Source: Octopus sinensis
Taxonomy: Eukaryota
DNA length: 64,000 nt
Assembly: GCF_006345805.1 (NCBI RefSeq)
Contig: NC_042997.1
Coordinates: forward strand, 100,874,001-100,938,000
Direction of reading: 5' to 3'
The number at the start of each line of letters is the position of its first letter. Within the stretch, counting starts at the first letter, position 1. Under the pieces are notes generated by a model. That model worked only from the letters and a program-made list of their open reading frames with translations, ran no database searches and was not told the origin of the DNA. The position numbers and the translations under genes were made by a program. This document shows, piece after piece, positions 1 through 14,014 of the stretch.

Positions 1-1056
1 ATAAATATTTTAAATATATTTAATATGTGTGGAAAATGATGTACACCTGACACTCTTTGGATATATAGTTGGAGGTTTCAATAAATATTTGGCTATTTTA
101 ACTAGAAACGTATCCACTATTAAGAGACAATTTTTAATGACTGCACAATATTCCTAATTTTGATGTATTTAATCGTAGTTTTGTTATTTAATGTATCGCA
201 TATGTAAAGCGTTTCAGGATAGATTTTCCTTGAGGAAATAACTATTCATGTTATTTCTTATATTATTTCTATGGGTTTGTAAATGTTTTCATTATAGTAC
301 CTAAAATGTATGCATCTGTGTGTAATTGTCAATGGTTGAGTGGTTTAAAATCTGTTATAATGTATCAGTTATGTAATGGAGCTATTTGATCTTTATTCGT
401 GTGTTGCGAACTTCCTCTTTTGCTGCGTTTCAATATGTGATAGGTGAATAGTGTTGTTATATTGAAGGAGGCCTTCGTGAAACGTAATAATGGATCTCTC
501 TTTCTTCATGTACCATGAATCTCCATACAAAAGCCTGAAGATTCATGATTTTTCTTGGGAATAATACATCAGTGGTTTCTTGTTGCATTCTGCCGATTTA
601 TTTACAGTTTACTCATGTTTCTTCTCCCAAGTTTGCCCTTGGGGCACAAGGCTTGTTTAACCTTAAGAAAAGGGATCTGTTCATGGTATGTCCACACACT
701 GGCGGTCTGTGTGACATACGTCTAGGGATCCGTGTCTGCCTACCATGATCACTTTCTACTACATGACTCATGACTGGAGCCCTTCATAAACACTCTCACT
801 CTGGGCTAGAACAGATATGGGAGCAGTGGTGATTAACGAGGAGTCCATACTCTTCCAAATTCCCAAACTTCCGTACTGGAGCCTCACCCCCGAAAGCTGT
901 TTAAAATCTTACCTAGGACACAATCTATGGATAATAACGTGATGCTTGTTTTACTCGCTTTGGTTGTTATATATATGTTTCAATATGTGACCGCGTGTGT
1001 ATCGTTGGCGATTTTCTTTCTCCGTCTTCCCTTCCTTGGACCTTTCCTTTTTCTAT

Positions 1057-1091
1057 GTTTCTGACGAAGAGCTCCGCTCGAAACGTTAAAT
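1057..1091 (+). ncRNA. PLE-type minimal hammerhead ribozyme motif
   Basis: GUUU-CUGACGA-A-GAGC(ucc)GCUC-GAAA-C-GUU-AAAU; palindromic ACGU stem III. Confidence 0.6.
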
Positions 1092-1182
1092 CCTCCTTCT
1101 TTCTTTCCTTCACTCAACGTCCAATAACACTATACTTGTTCCACTTGTTGTTGTGTTTTCTCTTTGTTAATGTTTGGATTAA

Positions 1183-1299
<117 letters not shown>

Positions 1300-2671
1300 G
1301 TGTGTGTGTGTGTGGTGTGTGTGTGTGTATGTATGTATGTATGTATGTATGTATGTATAGACAGCGAGAAGAGAAAAGCAGTTAAAAAAACTTTATCTCC
1401 AAGCGTGTTGATTGATCAATGTTTAAATAAAACATCGACAATTCTCATTGATACAAAATGATGTAAGGCAGGCGAAATGAATTAAGTCTATTTTAAAGTT
1501 AGCGTGCTCAATACAGGACTAGTTTCATGTTTAATGTACAAACTAAATAAATCGATTTAAAAGAAATTAATTTAATTTAATACGTTTAAATAAAAACAGA
1601 AGATACAAATATTACAGACATCCCCCCTCCCACATACTAAATAAACATAGACGCACATAGAGATATAAGCATGCGCAAATGAAGACATACAATAGAAATA
1701 CAAAATGGCTGACGGTTAGTAAGGAGAGACACAAATAAGTGAGAAGAAAACAAAGGACCACTGATGCGGTCACAGGAGTGTGACGAAAGAACTCTGGCCG
1801 AAATAAGATTAAGATTAATGTAAAAAATAAATATCACTGAAGCAAAATAACACCAAATATATAGTGCGTGTGTTTTTATTGGCTAAACTGGCAATATGAC
1901 CATTCCGAAATATAACAATAATTTAATTTAAATTTAGTACATACTACATTCTTCAGCTGTATATTCCATATTTTTTGTGAAAAAATATACATTACTTTAA
2001 TATATATTTACCTTAATTCATCCACATCAATTCGCAACTGAAGGAACACAATATTAAAAAATTAATTACATAAAAATGACATATCAGTATTTTAAGAAAA
2101 CATATATGCACATACGGACGCACACTCTTATGCATAAGCACACACACATGCAGACATGCACACACATACTCATATCCGGCAGATCTCGGTCAAATCCCAA
2201 CGCTGGAACATAAGTTCAAAAGAAATGGAAGTAGAGAGACGTGTCATGGAAGAGATTGCAAAAATGCAATGAAATAATTATTTGACAAAAAAAAAAAAAA
2301 ATGAAATTATAACATGAACAATACCGAACATTTGAACTATCGATTAAGTGTTTGACCAAAGTGTTTAACATACAAGTTAGAAAAACTAAGTAAAAGAAAA
2401 CGGCTGATCGATAAATTTGTTAGTAGTGTAACAAACCCATTAACTAACAATACTAACAATAAAGGACCGAACCAGTGCGTGTGTTTATTATTATCGGCAT
2501 AACGCCCCTCCCAAAGTTCAATTGTATGTATGTATGTATTGTATGTATGTGTGTATGTGTGTATATATATATATATGTATGTAAGTATGTATGTATGTGT
2601 ATATATGTATGTATGCGTATATATACGTACGTATGTATGTATGTATGTATGTATGTATGTATGTATGTATG

Positions 2672-2704
<33 letters not shown>

Positions 2705-2706
<2 letters not shown>

Positions 2707-3000
2707 CGTGATCACGTGACCGACCAGGGTATCAGATGTGGGTACACATCGCTGGTCACAATGCGCTTCACATTATTTTAGCCAGCAAGTGACGCCAGCC
2801 CGGTGGTTAAGCGATCAGGCCAACAGAAGAAAGATATAGAGAAAGTTGTGGCGAAAGAGTACAGGGGTGATCGCCACCACCCCTTGCCGGAGCCTCGTGG
2901 AGCTTTAGGTGTTTTCGCTCAATAAACACTCACAACGCCCGGTCTGGGAATCGAAACCGCGATCCTACGACCGCGAGTCAGCTGCCCTAACCACTGGGCC
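2705..3000 (-). mobile_element. tRNA-derived SINE
   Basis: Minus strand starts GGCCCAGTGGTTAGGGCAG (A box) ... GGTTTCGATTCCC (B box) followed by a non-tRNA body. Confidence 0.75.
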
Positions 3001-3052
3001 TCCATATATATATATATACATACATATAATATGTATAGATATAATATATGTG

Positions 3053-3117
<65 letters not shown>

Positions 3118-3464
3118 AAACTCTGTAATACCATCTGGTTGATAACTGATGAGGAATTAGGGGCTATCTGTGTCTGTTTTCCCTCCGTTTGTGTACTTAA
3201 AATACGTTTTTCCGTTCGTCTGTATATTTATTATACTCATTTTAACTTGCCACTCTGTGTCCATGTTCCAGCATGACCGCAGTCAAATGACAGAAACAAG
3301 TAAAGGAATAAAAAAAAAATTTCCTTGTTCACATGAAAAATAATGTTCCATGTGTTCAGTCGTAATTTCTGTTAATGTTACGTCAACGTATTTCTCTCGT
3401 CCGCAAATAAATTGTTCATCGCTTCCTTTTATGGATATCATGTTCTATCATCGTCGTTGTTGTT

Positions 3465-3572
3465 GCTGCTGCAGCTGTTGTTGCTGCTGCAGCTGTTGTT
3501 GCTGCTGCAGCTGTTGTTGCTGCTGCAGCTGTTGTTGCTGCTGCAGCTGTTGTTGCTGCTGCAGCTGTTGTT
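3465..3572. repeat. Minisatellite, 6 perfect copies of GCTGCTGCAGCTGTTGTT (18 bp)
   Basis: Directly counted. Confidence 0.95.
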
Positions 3573-3658
3573 GAAGGTATTTAGCTCTATGTTAGTTCTA
3601 GTGGATAGACCTGTTATCAAGAGCGTTTCAGCTGTGACCATTTTACCTAAGCAACCAT

Positions 3659-3760
<102 letters not shown>

Positions 3761-5552
3761 CGCGCATCAAAGATCGCATTATTCAATGTATTCCTTCACC
3801 TTCAACGGTTTGAGCGGGATTTCAGTAATTTTCTAGCTGGTCAAACGATCACGAAGAGAGGGCCTATAACCTTGGCTCATATTACGCGTTGTATTTAAGT
3901 ATTCTATTTGAATAATGCTTTGATTTTTTCTTTTTATTAAACACGCAAAGCTGTGTAAATCACAATACGATTTCAGTTCTACATAAATTTTGAAACAACT
4001 CCATAATTTATTTCTTAGAGTTATTTTTAACTGGTTAATCATCTTTATGACAATTATGGAGTAGACGGCAGTCACTGATTTAACCGGCTAATCAAGTCTA
4101 TTTATAGTTGTCAAGCAAAAAATTTTACATAGTTTTTATTTCATATATTTTAGGCACACTCTAACTCAGATAGCTGGATTCACGATTTCACTAGGTTAAT
4201 TCTGTTCATAGAAATTTAAATTAAGAGTATTTCTTAAACCGTTAGCTTCACATTTCAAAAGCTTAACTGAAATTTAGCCCACGTAACAGGAACTGAGAGG
4301 AATATCATGGAAAAGAGAAACTATGGTTGATACAGATAATTTGACATTGTTTTTGAATTCTGTATGCAAAAACGTATAAGATACAGGTATTTTTTTTCTG
4401 TGGGACAAATTCTTTGTTGACTAGTTTTATTCTTATCGTAGTTTACAAATCCAAGCATGAAAACGTTATTCAACTTTAGAATTTTGGAGACAAACGCCCC
4501 TTCACACTCACACAAACGCACACATGCACACACACACGCACGTACACACACACACATGAGTGCATAAATGTATATATAAACTTATATATGAATACATACA
4601 TCCACATGCACTTATATATTAATGATTTACACAAATACATGACAGGTATACATAATACTGAAATACGAGTAAAGTAAACACATGCAGACAAATAGATTAA
4701 TATAACAAATTAGAAATAGAATAAAACCATACAATCAATGAAGGTACAAAAGAAACAGTAAGATGATGCATGTTGATTTTATTAGGTATTTCTGTTTATT
4801 TAGAAACCTACAGTGAACAGGTCAGACGCTAAACTCTAAATTTCACAGGGTACAACCTTAAAGTTGACACCACTCCGCTAAAAGCAGAAGTTTTCTGTCT
4901 CGCTATTGGCTAAAAATATAGTTTTTTCGATTTTTAAACCTCTGTGACTTTTTTCTCCAAATCTTTTTCTCCACAACATCATACTTCAAAGCAATGAGAC
5001 GAGAAGGCTACATTATTACAGCCGATTTTCAGATTTTTTACTGTCTTTTAAAAAATGCATATTTTGCGAATGAAAAAGAACTAGATTCATTAGTTGTCTC
5101 CTCCTATTAAAATCAGGCATAACTTGGCGATCGGTCGATTTACAACACCGCTCTTCGTCTTGAGTTTACATGGTAGAGTGTGTTTAATAACTTGACAACA
5201 AGGTCAAGGTGAGCTCTGATTGTCTGTATGCAAATGAGTTCATTACTAAGGTCCGGAACTCCCGTGCGAGAAAAATGATGCGGCCAGCCCCAGAGTTGCT
5301 GGCGCCCAGTGCAAGGTGAACTTCGGCGTGTACAAGCCCACGGTCGTGGAAATTTCCTTGTCTTTGTCACGCCCTCTTTGGCGCTCCCTAGCACATGGCG
5401 CCCCGGACGAATGCCAGAGTTGCCGGTACCTTCAGATAGTCTTGGCCCGAGACTGTAGTAGAAGATACTTGCCGAAGTGTTTTCTACTACTACTGAACTA
5501 CGAATCATGTGGTTGGGGAGCAAGCTTCTTACTACACAGCCATGTCTGTATG

Positions 5553-5606
<54 letters not shown>

Positions 5607-7539
5607 TACACACACACGCATACATGTGTGTCTGTGTAACGCCAACTAGTCAACTCATTTTATAATTTTGTGCGCGTGCGCGCACATACACATGCATACA
5701 TACTTATATACGTAGCTCATCCTGGTTTTAGGTGTAAGATCAGTCATTCAGAGATAATATAAATGTTTATAAACTATCTTGGCTTTTAACTCACTTTCCT
5801 AAAACTGTTTTCTTTCTTCGTTAATTGGCAGAAAAATCTGTGTAGGATAGATTTTCACAAAGCGATGGGGAAAGAGCATCCCGCCCTTAGGGAGTTTGCA
5901 ATAATAGTTATGAAATGGGCAACAAATTATATATTTATTTTCATTTAGATTACAACAATTACATTTATTATGTAATGGTTAAGTACCGAAATGTTTCATT
6001 TGGGCGTTCAGCAAAATAAAAAAAATGGGTTTGGGAAAGACTGACCCAAAGTAATGTGATTATACGAATTTATATAACAAAAGCTTCGAGAATTGAGATA
6101 AAAAGAAAATATCATAAATCGCTTCTGTATCAAATTGTATGGTATCATTTTATTGACTTGTTAGGTTGGGAGATATTAATTTCACTTGGCTGCGAACAGC
6201 CATTGAACGCTTGAATAAACTCACCTTGCTGACCTACTTGAATGAGTGGAGCTTGCTTTATGCTAGTCTTTTAAACAGTTTAAAAATATAGATGATGTGA
6301 TTTACAGTTTGAAATTTCATAATTAACACATTGCCCTGTTAAATATTTTATCTTTGTATATATTAGAACGTTTCTGCGTAGTGATAAAACAAAACTCACA
6401 CATTAGTACGGTTGATAACTGTTTGGGATGACATTTTATAGTTCTCAGAATTTACTACACTTCCTTCTTCACGCAAATATTTCTTTCGAATTGTTCACTC
6501 ACTAAGGCTAAAAATAAAACGAATAGAAGTGACAGGTTTACATAATGGAAATGTTAGTTACATGATCTACTAGTTGAAGATAGGTACATGTGAACTAAGT
6601 TCATAATGATACGAGCTACTCTTAAAAATGTATCATAGTTTTCAATTGAATAAGAAAAGCGGTAACCTCTTGGCAAGCTCCGTCGCGTGATTTTTAGAGG
6701 CTTTGTGTTTCGAGGCTCCATCCCTTCAATCAAAATTCGTAATCTACGCACCTTTTATTCATAGCTATATTTTACTTTATTCTCTCCGAAGTTCAATATT
6801 TTACATTATCCTAAAAAATATCTTTGAAAGTACGAGTTAAATTTATTTAGGTCTATTATAAATTTCAGTAAGTAAAATATCCAGATATGAATAAAAGGGC
6901 ACTTTTATAATCCAGGAAACTTTCAAAGACAAACACGGCGCACTTTTCGCTTCGCGAAATCATTGATCAGTTCAGAATAATCAAGCTGAGAGCTAAGTTC
7001 TTGTTCAAAAGATATCATAGCCAATCCACAAAGTCTGGTACACGTTCGTGATACAATGTAATATTTTTACAAAAACTTTTGCAGGTACAATGTATTACCA
7101 TTTTATTTCTTGAAATTTTCAGTTAACATAGTTTAGTTCTTGTTCAACAACTTAACCAAAGTAAATAGATGACTCATCTACGTACTTTGATCTTAACATG
7201 GGGGTCCTCAACCGTGGAGGCCTCCTGCGACCGCAGGGGTTGCAGGGGTTTAGCGACGGCCCTGCTCCTGGCAAGCCGAGACTTCAATGTGAAATTAACC
7301 ATTGATTAAAAATATTACTCATATTCCCTTTCATGTTTACTGATTAACGCACTCAGCAGCAATCATCAATTCCATTTTCCTTAAAATACTGAGTTTTTGT
7401 GCACTCAAAAGAAATAAAAAAGAGAAAAGAAAAAAAAATTCTAGTATATTGCAGAAAAGATAAAATCAAGACAAGATTTTAAAATATAATTAAAACCCAG
7501 TTTTAATTATTGAATATGATCGTCACAAGGAGCAGCATA

Positions 7540-7810
7540 TGGTACTATGTCAAAGTATCTGTCGCTCTCTGACAGGTTTGCAGTCGACCATGTGACAATG
7601 GAGATTTCCGGTGTTCCTGGCCCCCGGACCATATCCCTGCTCATTCCTATCGGGTGGAGATAGCTATCCGCAAGATTGAGCTCCGTGAGTCAGAGTCACT
7701 GTTCCAGTGCATCTCCCTCGCCACCCTCCGTGGCAATGCCTTTTCGATTTTGTCTGTTGGGACCACAAAGAGACCTGAATCACAGGAAATCGACGAATAT
7801 AAGAATTTTG
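7540..7810 (+). mobile_element. CRE-like (RLE) non-LTR retrotransposon 3' fragment
   Basis: Degenerate MEISGVPGP... followed by RESESLFQCISLATLRGNAFSIL, resembling the CRE C-terminal FQRISIAIQRGNA motif. Confidence 0.5.
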
Positions 7811-8099
7811 TAGTTTACTACCTGAAAAATAAACTTGTTAATTGAGGAGACCCTGTGCAGCTTTAGCATTCATTTGTCTATGGCACTCACAACTACCTCA
7901 AGAACATGAATAGGTAACATGAAGGTTATTTCTAGACTAACTCAGTTGTAGATAAGTTACAAATGATCAGCTTTGCTTGAATTTCTCTTGAACTGTCCGC
8001 ATAACACCTGGTAGTGTATGCATGTATTTATGTATGTGTGTATGTATGTATGTATGTATGTATGTATGTATGTATGTATGTATGTATGTATGTATGTAT

Positions 8100-8385
8100 G
8101 TGACAACCTGGCCACTGGTGGTGGTGTAACATACCATACTAATCATATCTGTTGGGCACGTGGAAGAGAGTGTAATTCGGCAGGAGGACTTAAACGACAT
8201 GCAAAGGTACATGAAACCCAGTTACAACTACAGCCGGCTATTACCGGTAAAGGTATTAGTTGCCAATTCTATACAAGACATTGTAGATCTTTAGCTGGGT
8301 TAAAAAAGTCACATTCGATCACAGCACCAGTAACAGTTAAGCTTCGTGCAATGGCCATACTCGATAACGAGGGGGCAGCCACAAT
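8100..8385 (+). mobile_element. RTE-clade LINE 3' end with C2H2 zinc-finger remnants
   Basis: RECNSAGGLKRHAKVH and [11 protein letters not shown]; RTE-like terminus GGCCATACTCGATAACGAGGGGGCAGCC; flanked by (TATG)n. Confidence 0.7.
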
Positions 8386-8514
8386 GTATGTATGTATGTA
8401 TGTATGTATGTATGTATGTATGTATGTATGTATGTATGTATGTATGTATGTATATATGCACATATATATATATATATATATATTATATATCAATGCAATA
8501 AGATATATATATAT

Positions 8515-8588
<74 letters not shown>

Positions 8589-8589
8589 T

Positions 8590-10200
8590 ATATATCAATA
8601 CAATAAGATATTATAATGATATGTTAATATATTAAGATATATTAAATACATTATAATATAGGTGGTTCGTTAGCAATTAAAAACCAAAAAGGAATTAATA
8701 AATGATGCTGAAAACTAGCACCGGGAATTGCTAGAAATGAGAGTCAATTTTAACTCAGAAGCCACAAAAACACTAACCTCATGATATTTACGGGATTTGG
8801 ATATTTACAGGATTTCCCTTGTGAGATAAGCTCACAGAATGATATAGTTGGACAAAGCCTTATCACATAATTTAGAAATTTGATGAGAAGAATCTTGTTT
8901 CTTGTCAGAGGCCTCTACCAGTACTCAGGGTTAAAAAGATAGCCTGCCTCGTAATAATTCATTAGAAGAAAAAACCGTTGATAAGCAAGGGCTAAAATTC
9001 AAATGGTTAAAGTGTATATTATCAATGCAAAAAGATATTATAATAATATGTTAATATGTTAAGATATATTAAAACATCATAATATAGGTGGCTCGTTAGC
9101 AATTAAAAACCAAAAAGGAATTAATAAATGATGGTGCAAAATTGCACCGGCAATTGCTAGAAATGAGAGTCTATATTTAACTCAGAAAACCACTAAAAAC
9201 ACTAATCTCGTGATATTTACATATAAATCCTTCATTTTTGTATTTGGTTTGCAAGATTCTTCATGTGAATTTAACATTCAAGTAAGGACAAACACTAGTA
9301 ACAGTAGTGTAGAAATTGAGAAGAGCATAATGGAGAGCATCCAGCACATAGCTAACTTTATCCACCAAAATATCAAGGTAACTATAGATTACCCCACTAG
9401 GCACCCTAACAAGAGACTCCTTGAATTTTAGTTAGAGACTGTGAACAACTGAGTGCAGCTCCTCCACTTCTATTACATGAAATCCATAGCTTCTAAATAT
9501 GTTGTTCACAAGAACTCAGCTTTGTCACACAACATGAAAATCAACATACTGATTGTAGATTTAGTTAGGATAATGAATAACGTGTTCTTCGTATGCGAAT
9601 CCTATGAAACAAGGAAACATGTGCAGAACTTCATGCACTACATGCAACTCTCTGGATATGATCAGAAAGATAGGGTTTGGTGATACAGGGGAGCTAGAAA
9701 GAATTTAGATAGCATTATATGTAATGAAACCAATGGCACTTGTCCTAGATACAGAAGTAAAGACTGGAATAGGATACAAAGAGTTTGTGACGAAGCAAAC
9801 AGGGCGAACACATGGTACAAAGCTGACAAATCAAGGAATGATGTTTGTAGAGGCCACAGCCTATGGAGAACTAGCCCGTTGGTTTAGAAAAGCTCTGAAG
9901 GAGACCAAACTCAACATTAAGATCGTTGAAAAGCCTGGAGCGCCATCAGATTACAGTTACGTAGGACGTACCCCTTCGAGTATACCACATGCACCAGTGA
10001 GAACTGCATGGCATGTAAGATTAACCCTGGCATTAACTGTAGAACTGGAAATGTATTCTACAGCATAAGGAGCATAGAGGGTGCTTGTAAAGACAAGAAC
10101 ATGACATGCATTGGTAAGACATCTAGAAGAATTACGGAGAGATTAAATTAACATTTGAGACAATATGATGACACAAAAATACCTCTAAATGGATTATCTA
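8590..10200 (+). mobile_element. Degenerate Penelope-like element (RT thumb to GIY-YIG; possibly Naiad/Chlamys type)
   Basis: DYPTRHPNKRL, YMKSIASKYVVHKNSALS, MQLSGYD, MFVEATAYGELA..IKIVEKPG, CTSENCMAC...NCRTGNVFY...CIGKTSRRITERL; many stops and frameshifts. The 5' boundary is uncertain. Confidence 0.7.
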
Positions 10201-10542
10201 ATAACTCAAGTTTTAAAGACAGTAAACAGTGAAAAGCACTTAACATAATACAAAACCTTCTTTCTATAAGATCTATATCAATCTGTTGCTTTAAAATTTA
10301 TATATAATTATTACTTTTTAATTTAAGAAAATCTTTCTTTGAATATTGTGACTGTCTCAAGAAATATTTTTCTGAAAGTACAACACACACACACACATCA
10401 TCATCATCATCATTTAGCGCCCGTTTCTCATGCTGGCATCGGTTAGATGGTTTGATTTGAACTGGTAAGCCGGAGTGCCGCACCAGACTCCAGTTGTCTG
10501 TTTACCTGCATATCCATCTACCCACTTACCTACCTACACACA

Positions 10543-10580
<38 letters not shown>

Positions 10581-10600
10581 ACACACACACACACACCACA

Positions 10601-10647
<47 letters not shown>

Positions 10648-10765
10648 CACATACATATATATGTATACAGTTTTAAAATAGGATAAAATCTTTATAAGAA
10701 TTTATCAAGTAATTAGCGTGAAAAACCACAGGAGAAAAGTTTATTAATTATTCCCTTTAAATATT

Positions 10766-10918
10766 TTATTTATATTAAGGGCATTACTATACATAAATGC
10801 TTCACACTAGCAGGGACTCTTAAAGTTAAAACTACCATGTTTATTATGGTAGTTTTAACTTTAAGTGTCCCTCCTAGCGTGAAGCATTTATGTATAGTAA
10901 TGCCCTTAATATAAATAA
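10766..10918. repeat. Near-perfect hairpin, 73-bp arms, 7-nt loop
   Basis: 10766-10838 versus 10846-10918, 3 mismatches. Confidence 0.92.
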
Positions 10919-10946
10919 TATATAAATATATATATTATATATTATA

Positions 10947-11009
<63 letters not shown>

Positions 11010-11012
<3 letters not shown>

Positions 11013-11450
11013 TATATATATTTTGTCCTGTTCTGTAAATTTGCAAGTCTTACAACGAAGGTCTCCACATTTTGTTAACTGCATTATTTTGATGTGAATT
11101 TCGTCTTTGATAAGTTTTTTAAAGATATGATGGTTGTCTTTGGATGTCTATAATTTGTGACTCTAAGGCATCATTTGGCTGATAATGTGGTTTCTGAAAT
11201 TATGGGTAACTGCAACTGGAATATTTCTGTTTTTGTTTTTGCTGAGGCGAGTAACAGCTAATGAGGAAGTTACCATTTTGAAGAGAGTAGAAAATGCACC
11301 TTGAAAAACGTTAGCTTCATTTGGTTGGAATGAATGAATGAATGGGTTTTGCATGTGGCCATTGTGTGAATGTAATATGCAGTATTTAAAAAAGGCATTT
11401 TGGGAGCGATCTTTCTGTGGAATTGGAAGCAAAACAGGCTGTAGATGTAA
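11010..11450 (-). mobile_element. Degenerate Penelope-like element fragment
   Basis: Minus strand IIDIQRQP and LTKCGDLRCKTCKF, the Cys motif preceding the PLE GIY-YIG domain. Confidence 0.55.
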
Positions 11451-11937
11451 TGAATTTAATTCTGTTCATGATAGAATGTAAGAACGTTGTGAATGTGAAA
11501 CGTTGACTTTTTCAGACAAAATATGTATGCGTGCATGTATGTATGTATGTATGTATGTATGTATGTATGTATGTATGTATGTATGTATGTATGTATGTAT
11601 GTATGCATGCATGCATGCATGCATGCATGCATGTGTATATATATATATATGCATCTATGTATATCTCTTCTATTTTTAATTATTATAAATCTTCCACTGA
11701 GGAAGGAGCCGGTTTCCAACAAAGATGCAAGGCTCCGTCTTTGGAATGTAGTTAACACAGACAAATTCACATCTGGAACTCGAGAAAGTCATGCATATTT
11801 TTACTGTTCCACTCACAGATTGCACTTGTAATGTACGAATTAGTCGGTTGATTTCTCTTTCTGAAAATCCTATTCTCCTTTAAGCATTTACTTACAAAAC
11901 CTAGTGCTCTAATTATTATTGCTATGAATTAAGTATG

Positions 11938-11971
<34 letters not shown>

Positions 11972-12228
11972 TGTATGTATGTATGTATGTATGTATGTAT
12001 GTATGTATGTATGTATGTAGTAATATATTTACTATTTTGTTTATACACAAATTACACAATTACAATTACTTTTAAGGGATAAAAATGCTAAAAAAAGTTC
12101 TTAAATAGATTGTTGAAACAATTCTCACCTTTGATCACTGCTTAAATATTTGACTTAAAAATATCCTATCAATCACATAAACTGAAGATCATAGAATAAT
12201 TTATTCTACTTCCATCATATTATTTCAG

Positions 12229-12268
12229 AGACTAAAAACAGAAGGAACAGAAGAATCAGAAGGAAACA
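12229..12268 (+). CDS. ABCB1: ABCB (P-glycoprotein-like) linker exon, 40 nt, RLKTEGTEESEGN
   Basis: Acceptor tatttcag|AG and perfect donor ACA|gtaagt; purine-rich, acidic linker-like peptide; phase 0 in and phase 1 out fits the next exon. No homology-level support on its own. Confidence 0.65.
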
Positions 12269-12689
12269 GTAAGTAATATAATGAGGAAGCAATTTATCAT
12301 TGGTACATTTGTAGCCTAAGAAATTTCAACAAATCATTTCTTCTATAAACGAGCAAGACTTTCTCGATCCAAGTCAGCTTACACCACCATTATTCTCAGC
12401 TATTCAAGCATTTGTTCTCAAATATGTCATCTCTCTCTCTCCCTATCTCTTCATCTCTCTCCCTCTTCACACACGAGCTCGAGTGTGCGCACACAGACAG
12501 ACAGACAGACACACACACACATACACACACACGTACTTTATTTTAATAGAATTAATTTTCTGATGCCATAGATTTTGTACGAATATATTCTCACCAAAAA
12601 TATGGTTTTGAGTTGTTGAATTCTATAAAAAGTAACTATGTATCTACCTATGCAACATCGAGAACTAATTCTTTCAGTTTACCACCAAG

Positions 12690-12748
<59 letters not shown>

Positions 12749-12807
12749 CGACTACAGATGTTTAATGTATATGCTTTGTGAGTTTGCTCAGGGAAGGAAA
12801 GAAAAGT

Positions 12808-12844
12808 TGTTTTACGTTTCGAGCAAAGCTCTTCTTCAGAGACA
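12808..12844 (-). ncRNA. PLE-type minimal hammerhead ribozyme motif
   Basis: UGUCU-CUGAAGA-A-GAGC(uuu)GCUC-GAAA-C-GUA-AAACA; canonical core, one stem I mismatch. Confidence 0.6.
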
Positions 12845-13554
12845 GGAGACAGGAGATAGAGGAAAGTTCAAGAGGAAAGGAAAACGGAGGATGTAATTCA
12901 TGTAAATCAGGATGTAATTCAGTTACAGGTTATGTTAGCCTCATGAACGGATGGTGTCATCCAAGGAAATACTGGTTCAATATCTATTATTTTAGGGGGA
13001 ATTGATTTCCCTAAAATAATAGGTTTGTATATAAGCTGTAGTTTATATTCATTTAAATGAAGAAGAAAATGGAGATTTTAAAGTTAATAAGTGTTTATTA
13101 TCAGCAACAAATCGATCATTAACCCTTACAGCTGTTTCAATTATACACAGTGAAGTTAAATATCAAATTCATATTTCTGAACATAATCTCTTCAGAGGGG
13201 AAAAAATATACCCTTAGATGTTTTGTATGTTTGCTTGTAGATTCATCACAGCAGATTGAATGATACTTTTTATGCTTTATATTTATAAGTGTTTGGGCTA
13301 GGGGTTTGCAGGTTGGTTGGAGGTACGATACAGTAGGTAAATAGAATTAGAGTAATAAATGAAAGAATAAATAGAGATTATAGAGTAAATTACAATGTAA
13401 ATAAAGTACAATGTAGATAAGGTAAGGAAGTAAAGTACATTTATGAGTTGTATATAAAGTTGAGAAAGTTTGAATATATATAATTGCACACATACATACC
13501 TACACATGTTCATACATTCATCTGTACGTCATATATATATATATATATAATATA

Positions 13555-13583
<29 letters not shown>

Positions 13584-13585
<2 letters not shown>

Positions 13586-14001
13586 CTCTTTTACTCTTTT
13601 ACTTGTTTCAGTCATTTGACTGTGGCCATGCTGGAGCACCGCCAATAGTCGAGCAAATCGACCCCGAGACTTATTCATTGTAAGCCCAGTACTTATTCTA
13701 TTGGTCTCTTTTGCTGAACCGCTAAGTGACGGGGACGTAAACACACCAGCATCAGTTGTCAAGCGATGCTAGGGGACAAACACAGACACACAAACACATA
13801 CACACACACATATATACATATATATACATATATATACATATATACGACAGGCTTCTTTCAGTTTCCGTCTACCAAATCCACTCACAAGGCATTGGTCGGC
13901 CCGGGGCTATAGCAGAAGACACTTGCCCAAGATGCCACGCAGTGGAACTGAACCCGGAACCATGTGGTTGGTAAACAAGCTACTTACCACACAGCCACTC
14001 C
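13584..14001 (-). mobile_element. tRNA-derived SINE (abundant octopus-type family), CpG-intact copy
   Basis: Head GGAGTGGCTGTGTGGTAAG...GGTTCAGTTCC; internal (CA/TA)n; tail ...TGAAACAAGTAAAAGAGTAAAAGAGTA; homologous to 55447-55900 and 60525-60820. Confidence 0.85.
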
Positions 14002-14014
14002 ATATATATATGAT

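Noticed and set aside
456-491. Hammerhead-like GAAACGUA with GUUAU/AUAAU stem
   Set aside because: The CUGANGA core is not recoverable; at most a decayed PLE end.
2900-3000. tRNA genes at A/B-box motifs (also 13930-14001, 29474, 56972, 61620-61700)
   Set aside because: No complete cloverleaf, and each continues into a repeated non-tRNA body; these are SINE heads.
3112-3160. GAAA...CTGATGAG as a type II hammerhead
   Set aside because: Stem I does not pair at its base and no stem II partner is found.
4804-4820. 17-nt AG...GT micro-exon candidate
   Set aside because: No homology or phase support; such matches are expected by chance.
5140-5625. 161-aa minus ORF in a GC-rich patch
   Set aside because: Begins in microsatellite and runs through a SINE head and unclassified repeat sequence; no recognisable domain.
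6930-6965. TTTTCGC/TTCGCGAA E2F-like sites as a promoter
   Set aside because: The whole upstream 17 kb is CpG-retaining, so such motifs are not distinctive, and no linked exon was found.
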